Below are positions 1 through 9,963 of a stretch of 64,000 nt of DNA, in pieces. The DNA comes from an uncultured Clostridium sp. Lineage in GTDB: Bacteria > Bacillota > Clostridia > TANB77 > CAG-508. Below the pieces are notes generated by a model. That model was not told the origin of the DNA. It saw only the letters and a list, made by a program, of their open reading frames with translations, and did not search any database. The translations under genes and the position numbers were made by a program. The DNA is taken from assembly GCA_900553695.1 (NCBI GenBank), contig USEM01000005.1, forward strand, positions 1,455 to 65,454, given 5' to 3'. Each line of letters opens with the position of its first letter. Within the stretch, counting starts at the first letter, position 1.

Positions 1-300
1 ATTGTACAAAGCTACAAGTTTTTAATAGAAAAAAATGAAAACAAGAAAAACAAAAATGCAATAAACATTGAAAAAATAGCAATACTAGAAACAGTAACAG
101 TAGCAAGCAAAGTAAAAGATATATTTAAAGAACTAGTAAAAAAACACAAATTTATATTTAGTAAATTATGTACAAGCAAGAAGTATACCAAGCTAGAAAC
201 AGTAACAGCATTTTCAGGCGTTTTAGAATTAAGCAGAAGAAACAAGATAATAACAAACCAAGAAAAAAACTTTGGAGACATATTAGTTGAGAAAAAGTAA
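1..300 (+). CDS. scpA: segregation and condensation protein A, C-terminal fragment (5' end outside window)
   Basis: Frame 1 is open from the window edge to TAA at 298-300. The tail ...TVTAFSGVLELSRRNKIITNQEKNFGDILVEKK resembles the ScpA C-terminal region. It is absent from the ORF track because it has no start codon in the window. Confidence 0.5.
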   Translation: MVQSYKFLIEKNENKKNKNAINIEKIAILETVTVASKVKDIFKELVKKHKFIFSKLCTSKKYTKLETVTAFSGVLELSRRNKIITNQEKNFGDILVEKK

Positions 301-383
301 GCAATTTTCTTGCTTTTTATAAAATATTGTGTTACAATAATATGGTCAATAAAAAAGTAAAGTCAAATGAGAGGAGAACAAGC

Positions 384-608
384 ATGAAAACAGTTCTAAT
401 TATAATATATGTAATAGTTGCATTAGTATTAACAGTATTAACTCTAATGCAATCAAAAGATGATGATGGTATGTCAGCAGCTATTACAGGAGGTTCTTTC
501 TATGAGAAAAATAAAGGAAGAACTAAAGAAGGTAAAATTAGAAGAAATACAATAATTCTAGGTGTTGCATTTATAGTACTTGCAATAGTACTTGGAATAT
601 TTTATTAA
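384..608 (+). CDS. secG: preprotein translocase subunit SecG
   Basis: GAGGAG RBS at 371-376, then ATG at 384. About 74 aa with two TM segments around the SecG-like core LMQSKDDDGMSAAITGG. Confidence 0.65.
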   Translation: MKTVLIIIYVIVALVLTVLTLMQSKDDDGMSAAITGGSFYEKNKGRTKEGKIRRNTIILGVAFIVLAIVLGIFY

Positions 609-609
609 T

Positions 610-784
610 CTAAAAAATACCATTAACCCATATTACAACATTTGGGAATATAAGGCCGTATAGTAGCAATTATAAACGTAACAATACCTGCAAAGGTATT
701 GTTATTTGTTTTTATCTCATAAATTCCAAAACTAACAGCTCTAACAAAAAAGTATAATGAAATAATTGCAAAAATTATAATCAT
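610..784 (-). CDS. small hydrophobic membrane protein, distal gene of the ger operon; needs +1 at CGG 656-658
   Basis: ATG at 784 directly follows a GGAGGAG RBS that overlaps the gerxC stop. The zero frame gives ...ATIRPYIPKCCNMG. Skipping the C of the in-frame CGG gives a second hydrophobic helix, ...ATIGLIFPNVVIWVNGIF, ending at TAG 610-612. Confidence 0.3.
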
Positions 785-794
785 AAAACTCCTC

Positions 795-2028
795 CTAAAG
801 TTTATTATATAAATAGCCACTTTGAAGTTCAGAATGAACAGTTACTTTAAAAAAAGCATTTGGGTAATTGTTTTCCCAATCTGAATCCAGCCAGTCTTGC
901 CATGTTGCGTATTTTGGAAGCAAATATTCTCCAAACCCTACAATATCTGATTTTAATGCCTTTGATGTTTTATATAAATATGAAAGAACATGTGCTTCAA
1001 TATTATCACAAAGAGCTTCATTTAAGGTGTTCATGCAAGCTTCATTAGATAAATCTATAGAACTATAAATTGTAGGTATGTTCCCAGTTAGCCAGATTTC
1101 ACATTCTATAAATGGATAGTTATTAACCAAAGAAACTTTTCTTTTGGTTTCCTTGCTTAAACTAATATATAAAGAAATGTTGGTGCTAGGTTCGAAAGGG
1201 TTTGTTATATTAATTGTTGCGTTTTTTAAATCATTAGTTATAATTAAATGGCACAAGGTTTCTATGTTATTTAATTCACCCACTAATTTATCTCCACGAA
1301 ACACGGCAAGTCCCATACTTTCAACATTGTTTTTAGACTCAATAGGTGTTCCGACCAGCAATATAGTCATCATCAAGTAGAGAAGCATTTGGGTTAACTC
1401 TGCTTTGAGTTTCTTTTGTATTAATTCCAGCAAGTATTGCAGAAGCATTAGAAGATGTGTTCAAAATGTTGTAATAAAAATTTGCAAGTGATACATTATC
1501 AAGGTAACCAGTGTATTCGCTAGAATTAAAGTTTTGTTCAAAATATTCAGCTGGGTTTGATTCAAAAACAGGTTTTGAATTTTCTAAAAAATCGTAAGCA
1601 TCACATTTACTTATTATAATACTGCAATCAGGTCTAAGCTCTATGTTATTCATTAAAGTATAAATTACATCAGAAATACCAGAAGAGGAATATTCTTCAG
1701 AAATTATAACAGCTTTACAATGTGAAAGGTTAACTTGTTTACTTATATAGCTATTAATTAAGCTAATTCCAGAATCTATACTTGAGCAGTCAACAGATAA
1801 TATAGTTGAATTATCACTAGAAGAACTACCAGATGAAGAACTTGAAGATTCAGAGGAGTTTAAAACAGCAAATTGAATGCTAATTTTTACATCATGTGTG
1901 TCTGATGTATCTATTCCAAGTGCAATAGCATAAGCCTTATCTTCTATACCTCTGGAGCTTGAACAACCAGTAAAAAGAAAGATAGAAATTGAACAAATTA
2001 ATAGCAATAAAAATACTTTTATTCTCAT
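795..2028 (-). CDS. spore germination protein, Ger(x)C lipoprotein family (joined across CGG 1351-1353)
   Basis: Lipobox FLFTGCSS at the N-terminus. ORFs 1339-2028 and 795-1448 are the N- and C-halves of one GerxC protein. Junction: gct ggt C gga aca cct gives ...DDDYIAG-G-TPIESKNN. Confidence 0.8.
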
Positions 2029-3116
2029 TTTTTATCCCTTCTTTTTTTGAAATTAGCAAAAACTAAAATCAAAAAGCTAACTACAAATATTAATAAAACA
2101 GAGTATGGCTTAAAAAAGTTTTTAGTAAAACTACCTACAGTTGAAAGGTTTTTGAAAAATAGAGTAAACCCAAGCATAACTAAAGAAACACTACCAATTA
2201 TTTCTTTGAAATTGCTAAGTTTAAAACTCTTTTTTATAATGTACGATATTAAATAAACATTAAGGCTTACAAATGATAGGAATGCTAAAAGCCAAATAAA
2301 AATGAATATAGCATCAATTCTTTGGAAGAAACGGCCAAGTGTTGCAAACCTTGCTATTAAATACAACGAAAGTGCTTCATCTGCTGTAAATGAATATGCA
2401 AATGTCATTGTTAAAGCAAGTGTAGTTAAAATAAAATACAATGCACATGAGATTACAGAAAATAAAGTTACTTTTTTAAAGTCTTTTGTATCTTTTAAAA
2501 AAGGTGGCAAGAAGTACAAGTAAGCAATAACATTAAATGCAAAAACATTTAAAGATTGAGTAACAAATGTGTTTTTTACACCATATCCAAAAGCAGGGAA
2601 AAGCCTTTGCCAAGTAAAATCTCTAATTGAAATAGAGAACAATAAAACAATTGATAATACTGCAATTGGTATAACAACTAGGTTTGTACCATAAATTGCT
2701 TGTAGGCCAATTTTGCTAGAGATAATTACAGGTATAAATGTAATTAATAATAAAACTAAATAGTTGTATTCTGGGTAATATATAACATGCAAATCATTTA
2801 CATAATACCTTAGAGATACTGCAGAAAATGACATGAAGAGCACAATAAATAAAATAGCCATAATTCCTTTAAGCCATGAACCACCTAAGTACTCAGAAAC
2901 ATCTAGAATATCATAACTTATAAAACGTTTGAAAAGAAATATTGCAACTAACATAAACAATATTGATAGAATGCTTACATACAAAACATTAAGCCATGAA
3001 CCAGATCCACAACTATTGAAAATAACTGATGTCATGTTAAAAATTATGTTGTTACTAATAACTACCAAGCTTAGCCCCATAGCTTCAACTTTGCCAAGTT
3101 TTTGCATATCATTCAT
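2025..3116 (-). CDS. spore germination protein, Ger(x)B permease family
   Basis: 363 aa polytopic membrane protein (about 10 TM). It sits between the GerxA and GerxC genes with 4-nt overlap coupling, the typical gerA-type operon order A-B-C. Confidence 0.8.
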   Translation of the reverse strand: MNDMQKLGKVEAMGLSLVVISNNIIFNMTSVIFNSCGSGSWLNVLYVSILSILFMLVAIFLFKRFISYDILDVSEYLGGSWLKGIMAILFIVLFMSFSAVSLRYYVNDLHVIYYPEYNYLVLLLITFIPVIISSKIGLQAIYGTNLVVIPIAVLSIVLLFSISIRDFTWQRLFPAFGYGVKNTFVTQSLNVFAFNVIAYLYFLPPFLKDTKDFKKVTLFSVISCALYFILTTLALTMTFAYSFTADEALSLYLIARFATLGRFFQRIDAIFIFIWLLAFLSFVSLNVYLISYIIKKSFKLSNFKEIIGSVSLVMLGFTLFFKNLSTVGSFTKNFFKPYSVLLIFVVSFLILVFANFKKRRDKK

Positions 3117-3129
3117 TAGAATTCTCCTT

Positions 3130-4817
3130 TCATTTTGTTATAGATTTACTCCAAAATTTCCATTTTCTACTTATTCTAGGTTGTTCCTTAGGACGCTTTG
3201 TGTTTAAAAAGTCACTACGGTTTTCTCGTTTCCATATTGAGTGTATAAAATAAGATATAGATGTATTAAAATTCGTAACAGGTATATATGGCTCTAAGTA
3301 AGATACACCGAAAGAGTTTAAAGCACATAAAATAGAAAACTGTGTAAACAAACCAACAGCAATGCCTAAAAAGCCTGCAATATAGCCTAAAAAAATGTAT
3401 AGAAATTTGTAAATTCTAAAAGTAAAATTAAGCGAAAAATCAGGTATAGCAAATGAGCAAATACCAGTTAATGCAACAATTATAATAGATATTGGACTAA
3501 CTAAATTTGCATTTACAGCAGCATCTCCCAAAATTAATGCACCAATAATTCCGTATTGTTGGACCAATAGGGTTAGGAATTCTAAGCCCAGCTTCACGTA
3601 TTAATTCAAAAGATATTTCCATTAATAAAACTTCAAAAATTACTGGGAAGGGAACACTATTTCTTGAACCTGCAATTGCGAATAGAAGCGGAGTTGGAAC
3701 AAGTTCAGTGTGAAAGTTTAAAACAGCAATATAAAGCCCAGGAAGTAGAAGTGTTATAAATGCAGCAATAAGACGAATGGTTTTTAGCAAGTTAGCATAT
3801 TGGTGCTTTAAATTAAGATCTTCTGGAGAAGATAAAAAATCAATAAAAACACCAGGAACAATAAGTGAGTAAGGCGAACCATTAACAAGTATTGCAACTC
3901 TACCTTCAAGTAAATGGTTTGCCGCTTTGTCGGGCCTTTCAGTAGAAATCATTTGTGGGAAAGCAACTTTGCTATCATCTTGTATAAGCTGTTCAACATT
4001 TCCGAGATGAAATAACATAATCAACATCTAAATTTGCAAGACGGTATTTTACTTCTGAAATTAGAGAGGAGTTTGCAATATTTTTCATGTAGCATACTGC
4101 AACCTGAGTTTTATTAGCTTTCCCAACTGTTGTACTTTCAATAATTAAATCAGGAGTATTAATTAATCTTCTTAAGATTGAAGTATTTGTTCTTAATTTT
4201 TCAACAAATGCTTCTTGAGAACCTCTAACAACAATCTCATTTTTAGGGGTATCAATGCCTCTTGCAGCAAAACCTTTAACATCAATGGAAAATGCAATAT
4301 TTACAGTATCTATAAAAAGTGCACAATTACCAGAATTTATTGCACTTGCAACTTCTGAAAATTTAGAAACTTTTTGAACACTGTTTTGTGGAAGAAGCTT
4401 ATCAAAAATATAATCTTCGATACTAATCTTTTTGATTTTTTTGTATTCAACGCCACTTTTGGTTTGTGCAGGTTTAAATGAAGAATTGGTTTCCATTAAA
4501 GGTCTTAAAAGAAAATTGTTTACAAGCTCAGAGTCAATCATCCCATCTATACCAACAAAAAGAGCGGAATATTTCTTGCCTAAAATATTTAAAGTAAATG
4601 GACGTATTATAATATCACTATTAATTAAGCTGTTATATTGAACCTTAATGTATTCATAATTCTTATCTAAAGATTCAAATACATCATGGTCTGGCAAAAA
4701 TGAATCTGGCAAGTCAACATCTTTAGAATTTGCATTGTTTTCGTCTAAAACAAAATTATATTTTACATTAGGAGTGTATGAAAAACATGACTTTAAAAAA
4801 ACAATAAATTTATTCAT
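3130..4817 (-). CDS. spore germination protein, Ger(x)A family (joined across CGG 4002-4004 and 3551-3553)
   Basis: Three ORF pieces (3993-4817, 3497-4027, 3130-3597) are collinear with GerAA. Restored junctions are ...DYVISS-G-NVEQLIQDD... and ...GPTI-G-IIGALILGDAAVNANLVSP.... The TERPD motif is present. Confidence 0.85.
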
Positions 4818-4916
4818 AAAATGAGTTTTTCCATAAAAAGAAAAAATATTCCAAAATGTCTTGACTATTTTATAACTATTTGATATTATGATGTCATAAA
4901 GGTGGAGGTGATATAA

Positions 4917-5351
4917 TTGAAAAAAACACTAAAAATAATAGCAATAATTGCAATAATGTTAGTAGCAGTATTTGCACTAACTGGCTGTGGAAACAAGTTA
5001 ATAGCAACAAAGGATGTTGAAGGTACAGAATCAGAACCAAAACATTCAGAAAAAATCGAAATATCTTTTAAAGATGATAAAGTTAACAAAGTAAAAATGA
5101 CATATACTTTTGATAACAAAGATGACACTAAGAAATTTGTTGATAGCTATAATGCAATATTAGGCTTAGCAAGTGCTTTTGCATCAGAAGATGAAAAGGT
5201 TTCTTTACCAACAATGGAACAAAAAGGTAAAAAAGCAATAATGGAAATGGATGCTAAAATGTATTCTGAAATGAGTGGAGAAACAGAAGCTGGCATGACA
5301 AAAGATGAAGTTAAAGCAAACCTAGAAAAAGAAGGATACAAAGTAAAATAA
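4917..5351 (+). CDS. putative lipoprotein
   Basis: Signal peptide with lipobox ALTGCGN. 144 aa, hydrophilic mature part. RBS GGTGGAGG upstream. Confidence 0.6.
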   Translation: MKKTLKIIAIIAIMLVAVFALTGCGNKLIATKDVEGTESEPKHSEKIEISFKDDKVNKVKMTYTFDNKDDTKKFVDSYNAILGLASAFASEDEKVSLPTMEQKGKKAIMEMDAKMYSEMSGETEAGMTKDEVKANLEKEGYKVK

Positions 5352-5370
5352 AATACTTATGAAATACAAG

Positions 5371-5396
5371 AAAATCGGAGAGATCCGGTTTTTTTG
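5371..5396 (+). terminator. rho-independent terminator after the lipoprotein gene
   Basis: aaaatcgg / ccggtttt stem (one G-U pair), 6-nt loop, then a T-run. Confidence 0.5.
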
Positions 5397-5405
5397 TGTT
5401 TTTGC

Positions 5406-5434
5406 TTGCATAAAATTAATTTATGTAATATAAT
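5406..5434 (+). promoter_or_regulatory. sigma-A-type promoter for glmS
   Basis: TTGCAT (5406-5411), 17-nt spacer, TATAAT (5429-5434), about 75 nt upstream of the glmS ATG. Confidence 0.4.
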
Positions 5435-5509
5435 ACATCTATTCACTAAACTGTTAAGTGAATTTTAAAACTTGAAGAGCCCTAAAAATAGGAATAAAGG
5501 AGGTATTTT

Positions 5510-7348
5510 ATGTGTGGTATTGTTGGATATATAGGAACTAAAAATGCAACACCAATATTATTACAAGGATTAAAAAGATTAGAATACAGAGGTTACGATT
5601 CAGCTGGAATTGCTGTAATTGAAAATGGAAAAATTGAAGTTAAAAAAGATAAAGGAAGAGTAAGTAATTTAGAGGCAGTACCTGGAATAAATGATTTAAA
5701 AGGAACTATAGGAATTGCACATACAAGATGGGCAACACATGGAAAACCAGCTAAAGAAAATTCACACCCACATACCGATATGGATGGAACTTTTGCTGTT
5801 GTACATAATGGAATTATAGAAAATTATAATGAGTTAAAAAATATGCTAATAGAAAAGGGGTATAAATTTGTATCGCAAACAGATACAGAAATTATACCGA
5901 ACTTAATAAACTATTATTATAAAGAAGATCATAAAAATGATGAATTAAAAGTTTTAAGAGCTGTAAGAAATGCATGTATGGATTTAAAAGGAAGCTTTGC
6001 TTTGGAAATAATCTCAAGCAACGCACCAGAAAATATGATAGTAGTAAGAAAAGACAGTCCATTAGTTATAGGAAAAGGACATGGCGAGAACTATTTAGCA
6101 TCTGATATTCCAGCAATTCTTTCATATACAAAAGATTTTTACTTTATAAATGATTACGAATTTGCAGTATTAACAAAGGATAATGTAAAATTTTATGATA
6201 CAGACTTAAATGAAATAAAAAAGACAACTGATAGTATTGAATGGGATAGTAAGGGTGCTGAGAAAGACGGATATGAACATTTTATGCTAAAAGAAATAAA
6301 TGAGCAACCAAAGGCTATAAGGGAAACAATAGGCACAAGATTAAATGGTTCAAAAGTTTGCTTTGACGAACTAAATTTTTCAAAAGAATACTTAGAAAGT
6401 TTAAACAAAATATATATTGTAGCATGTGGTACAGCTATGCATGCTGGATTAGTTGCAAAAAATATTATAGAAAAACTTTGTAAGATACCAGTAGAAGTTG
6501 ATATTGCATCAGAATTTAGATATAGAGATCCACTTATTGATAACAAAACATTAACAATATATATTAGTCAATCAGGCGAAACAGCAGATACAATAGCTGC
6601 CTTAAAACTTGCAAGAGAAAAAGGGGCAAAAACACTTGCAATATCTAATGTTATAGGAAGTTCAATAACAAGAGAGGCAGACTATTCAATATATACACAT
6701 GCAGGACCAGAAATAGCAGTTGCTTCAACAAAAGCATATACATCACAAGTAACAATGCTAACTTTAATTGCTTTATACTTTGCAGAAATTCTAGAAAGAG
6801 GAGACATGGAAAAGGTAGAAACATTAAAGAAAGACCTATTAAAACTACCAGAAAAAGCTGAAGAAATACTAAAAAATACAAGCAAAATTCAAAAATTTGC
6901 AAAAAGAATTCATAAAGAAAAAGATATGTTCTTCCTAGGTAGAGGAGTAGATTATGCAGTAAGCTTAGAAGGTTCTTTAAAAGTAAAAGAAATATCATAT
7001 ATTCACTCAGAAGGATATGCATCAGGAGAATTAAAACACGGACCAATTGCTTTAATAGATACAGGTGTAACAGTTATAGCAACTATGACAGATAAAAACT
7101 TACTAGAAAAATCTATAAGTAATGTGCAAGAAGTAATTTCAAGAGGTGCAAAAGTGTTAGCAATAACAAATCAAGATGTAGAAAACAAAGGATTTGATAC
7201 AATAATTAAAATTCCAGAAGTAACTACAGAAATTTCACCAGTACTTTCAATAATACCTTTACAACTACTAGCATATTACATCTCAACAGAAAAGGGATTA
7301 GATGTAGATAAACCAAGAAACCTTGCAAAATCAGTAACTGTTGAATAA
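5510..7348 (+). CDS. glmS: glutamine--fructose-6-phosphate aminotransferase
   Basis: 612 aa. N-terminal MCGIVGY Ntn-amidotransferase motif, two SIS domains, C-terminal ...LAKSVTVE. Confidence 0.95.
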   Translation: MCGIVGYIGTKNATPILLQGLKRLEYRGYDSAGIAVIENGKIEVKKDKGRVSNLEAVPGINDLKGTIGIAHTRWATHGKPAKENSHPHTDMDGTFAVVHNGIIENYNELKNMLIEKGYKFVSQTDTEIIPNLINYYYKEDHKNDELKVLRAVRNACMDLKGSFALEIISSNAPENMIVVRKDSPLVIGKGHGENYLASDIPAILSYTKDFYFINDYEFAVLTKDNVKFYDTDLNEIKKTTDSIEWDSKGAEKDGYEHFMLKEINEQPKAIRETIGTRLNGSKVCFDELNFSKEYLESLNKIYIVACGTAMHAGLVAKNIIEKLCKIPVEVDIASEFRYRDPLIDNKTLTIYISQSGETADTIAALKLAREKGAKTLAISNVIGSSITREADYSIYTHAGPEIAVASTKAYTSQVTMLTLIALYFAEILERGDMEKVETLKKDLLKLPEKAEEILKNTSKIQKFAKRIHKEKDMFFLGRGVDYAVSLEGSLKVKEISYIHSEGYASGELKHGPIALIDTGVTVIATMTDKNLLEKSISNVQEVISRGAKVLAITNQDVENKGFDTIIKIPEVTTEISPVLSIIPLQLLAYYISTEKGLDVDKPRNLAKSVTVE

Positions 7349-7368
7349 CTAAGAGGAGTGAAGAAAAA

Positions 7369-7965
7369 ATGTACGCATACATAAGTGGAAAAATTGCAGA
7401 TAAAGCAAACAATTATGTAGTAATAGATAATGGAGGCATGGGATATAAAATCTTTATGTCTCCATCAGTAATAGAAAAACTACCAGATGTTGGAGAATTC
7501 CAAAAAATACATACTTACTATTATGTAAGAGAAGATGTTATTAGCCTATATGGCTTTTTAACAAACGAAGAACTTAGAATGTTTGAATTATTACTTTCAG
7601 TAAGTGGAATAGGTGCAAAATCAGCAATACAAATATTATCTAGTATTACACCTTCAAGCTTTGCTTTAGCAGTAATTTCAAATGACGTTTCAAAAATAGT
7701 AAAAATACCAGGAATAGGAAATAAAACAGCTGCAAGAATAATATTAGAATTAAAGGATAAATTAAAAACAGAACAAGCAATAAGCAAAAATGAGCAAGTA
7801 AAAGAAGCAATTCATGAAAGCGAAAAAGATACTGAAGCAGTTGTTGCTCTACAAGTTTTAGGATATACTAGAAAAGAAATTGAAAAGGCTTTGGAAAAAT
7901 TTGAAACACAAAATTTAACTGTTGAAGAAATAATTAAAAAGGCATTATCAATACTTGGAAAATAA
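7369..7965 (+). CDS. ruvA: Holliday junction branch migration complex subunit RuvA
   Basis: MYAYISGK... N-terminus. HhH motifs (GIGAKSA, PGIGNKTAARI). 198 aa. Confidence 0.9.
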   Translation: MYAYISGKIADKANNYVVIDNGGMGYKIFMSPSVIEKLPDVGEFQKIHTYYYVREDVISLYGFLTNEELRMFELLLSVSGIGAKSAIQILSSITPSSFALAVISNDVSKIVKIPGIGNKTAARIILELKDKLKTEQAISKNEQVKEAIHESEKDTEAVVALQVLGYTRKEIEKALEKFETQNLTVEEIIKKALSILGK

Positions 7966-7979
7966 GGAAGTGAAGCAGT

Positions 7980-9212
7980 ATGGAGCCTTTAGCACATAGA
8001 GTTCGCCCAACAAAGCTAGAAGAATTTGTTGGGCAAGAAGAAGTTTTAGGAAAAGATAAAATATTATATAGAACAATAAAAGCAGATAGGTTAACAAGCG
8101 TTATTCTCTGGGGACCAACTGGCTGTGGTAAAACATCAATAGCCAAAGTAATTAGCAATACAACTAAATATAAGTTTATTCAATTAAATGCTGTAACAGC
8201 AGGTGTTGCAGATATTAAACAAGCTGTTGAAGAATCTAAAAATAGTTTATTTAACCCATCAGGAAAATGTATTTTATTTATAGATGAGATACACAGGTTT
8301 AATAAGCTTCAACAAGATGCACTGCTTCCATTTGTAGAAAATGGAACAATTATATTAATTGGTGCAACAACCGAAAACCCATATTTTTCAGTAAATAAGG
8401 CGTTAATCTCAAGGTCAATGGTAGTAAAATTAAACCCTTTAACATATACGGATATTTTTAAAATCTTAAAAAATGCTTTAGCAAATAAAGAAGGGCTTGG
8501 AAACTATAAAATAGATATTGAAGATAGTACTTTAGAAGCCATTGCAAAATTATCAGGTGGAGATGTAAGAACAGCATTAAATACACTAGAACTTGCAGTA
8601 CTTACAACAGAAATGAATGGAGACGGAACAATAAAAATCACACAAGAAATTGCAGCAGAATGCATGGGTAAGAAAAAAACAATGTTTGATAAATCTGGAG
8701 ATAGTCACTATGATAATATAAGTGCATTTATAAAATCAATGAGAGGTAGTGACCCAGATGCAACAGTTTTTTATCTAGCAAGAGCAATAGATGGAGGCGA
8801 AGATCCAGTATTTTTAGCAAGGAGAATTGTAATTGCAGCATCAGAAGATGTTGGACTAGCTAACCCCAATGCCTTAGTGGTTGCAACATCAGCAATGCAA
8901 GCAGCAGCAAATGTTGGTATGCCAGAAGCAAGAATAATACTTGCAGAAGCGGCATTATATGTAGCATTATCTAAAAAATCAAATTGTGCATATATGGCAA
9001 TAGATAAAGCACTAGAAGATGTAAGAACAAAAGATACAGGAGAAATTCCAATGCATATTAGAAACGCACCAGCAGAAGGCATGAGTCAGTTTGGATATGG
9101 TGTAGGATACAAATATCCACATATTTACCCAGGACATGTAGTGGAGCAACAATACTTGCCAGACAAAATGCTTGGAACAAAATATTTTATAAAAGATGAT
9201 ACTGTAGAATAG
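7980..9212 (+). CDS. rarA: replication-associated recombination protein A (MgsA/RarA AAA+ ATPase)
   Basis: Walker A GPTGCGKTS. MgsA C-terminal signature HYDNISAFIKSMRGSDPDA...GGEDPVFLARR. Confidence 0.9.
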   Translation: MEPLAHRVRPTKLEEFVGQEEVLGKDKILYRTIKADRLTSVILWGPTGCGKTSIAKVISNTTKYKFIQLNAVTAGVADIKQAVEESKNSLFNPSGKCILFIDEIHRFNKLQQDALLPFVENGTIILIGATTENPYFSVNKALISRSMVVKLNPLTYTDIFKILKNALANKEGLGNYKIDIEDSTLEAIAKLSGGDVRTALNTLELAVLTTEMNGDGTIKITQEIAAECMGKKKTMFDKSGDSHYDNISAFIKSMRGSDPDATVFYLARAIDGGEDPVFLARRIVIAASEDVGLANPNALVVATSAMQAAANVGMPEARIILAEAALYVALSKKSNCAYMAIDKALEDVRTKDTGEIPMHIRNAPAEGMSQFGYGVGYKYPHIYPGHVVEQQYLPDKMLGTKYFIKDDTVE

Positions 9213-9274
9213 TGAAAAAGTATTGTAATTAAAGTTTTTTTTTGATATAATACCGAATGAAAAGGAGGAGGTTA

Positions 9275-9934
9275 ATGGTAACTTTTGAAGATGTGAAAAA
9301 CAATCCGGAAGTGCAAGAATTAATTGTTGGGGCACAAAAACAATTAGATGCATTAGGATACACAGAGCATGCACACAGGCATGTAAGCATAGTTTCAAAT
9401 AGAGCAGGAAAAATATTAGAAACTCTTGGCTATGATGAGCATAGAATAGAACTTGCTAAAATTGCAGGATATTTGCATGATATAGGAAATGGCGTAAACA
9501 GAGTAGATCATGCACATTCAGGTGCAATACTTGCTTACACAATTTTAAAAGACATGGGTATGGATATAAAAGACAGAATGGAAATAATGTCTGCAATAGG
9601 AAACCATGATGAAGCAACAGGAACAGCAGTTAGCGATATTTCAGCAGCATTAATTTTAGCAGATAAATCAGATGTGCATAGAGACAGAGTCGTAAATAAA
9701 AATCTAACTCGATTTGAAATACATGATAGAGTAAACTATGCAGTAACAGAAGCAAATCTAAAAATAAGTAAAGAAGAAAGAAAAGTAACATTAGACCTTA
9801 CAATAGATACCAATATATGTCCAGTTTTAGACTATTTCGAAATATTTATGGAAAGAACAATGATGAGCAAATATGCAGCAAAATATTTACAAATATGGTT
9901 TGAACTAGTAATAAACGGTACCAAGTTATTATAA
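9275..9934 (+). CDS. HD-domain phosphohydrolase
   Basis: AGGAGG RBS then ATG at 9275. H...HD motif (GYLHDIGN) and a further HD (GNHDE). Confidence 0.7.
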   Translation: MVTFEDVKNNPEVQELIVGAQKQLDALGYTEHAHRHVSIVSNRAGKILETLGYDEHRIELAKIAGYLHDIGNGVNRVDHAHSGAILAYTILKDMGMDIKDRMEIMSAIGNHDEATGTAVSDISAALILADKSDVHRDRVVNKNLTRFEIHDRVNYAVTEANLKISKEERKVTLDLTIDTNICPVLDYFEIFMERTMMSKYAAKYLQIWFELVINGTKLL

Positions 9935-9963
9935 TTTTGCAAAACAGAAAGGAATGAAGAAAA

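Noticed and set aside
5397-5509. glmS ribozyme in the glmS 5' leader
   Set aside because: The leader downstream of the predicted promoter is only about 75 nt and extremely AT-rich. It has no room for, and no GC-rich core of, the ~170-nt ribozyme.
6651-7046. Long antisense ORFs rich in Leu/Phe/Ile (for example 6651-7046, 20338-20718, 52486-52821, 54100-54489, 9012-9398)
   Set aside because: They lie antisense to strongly supported conserved genes, have low-complexity composition typical of AT-rich antisense frames, and lack RBSs.
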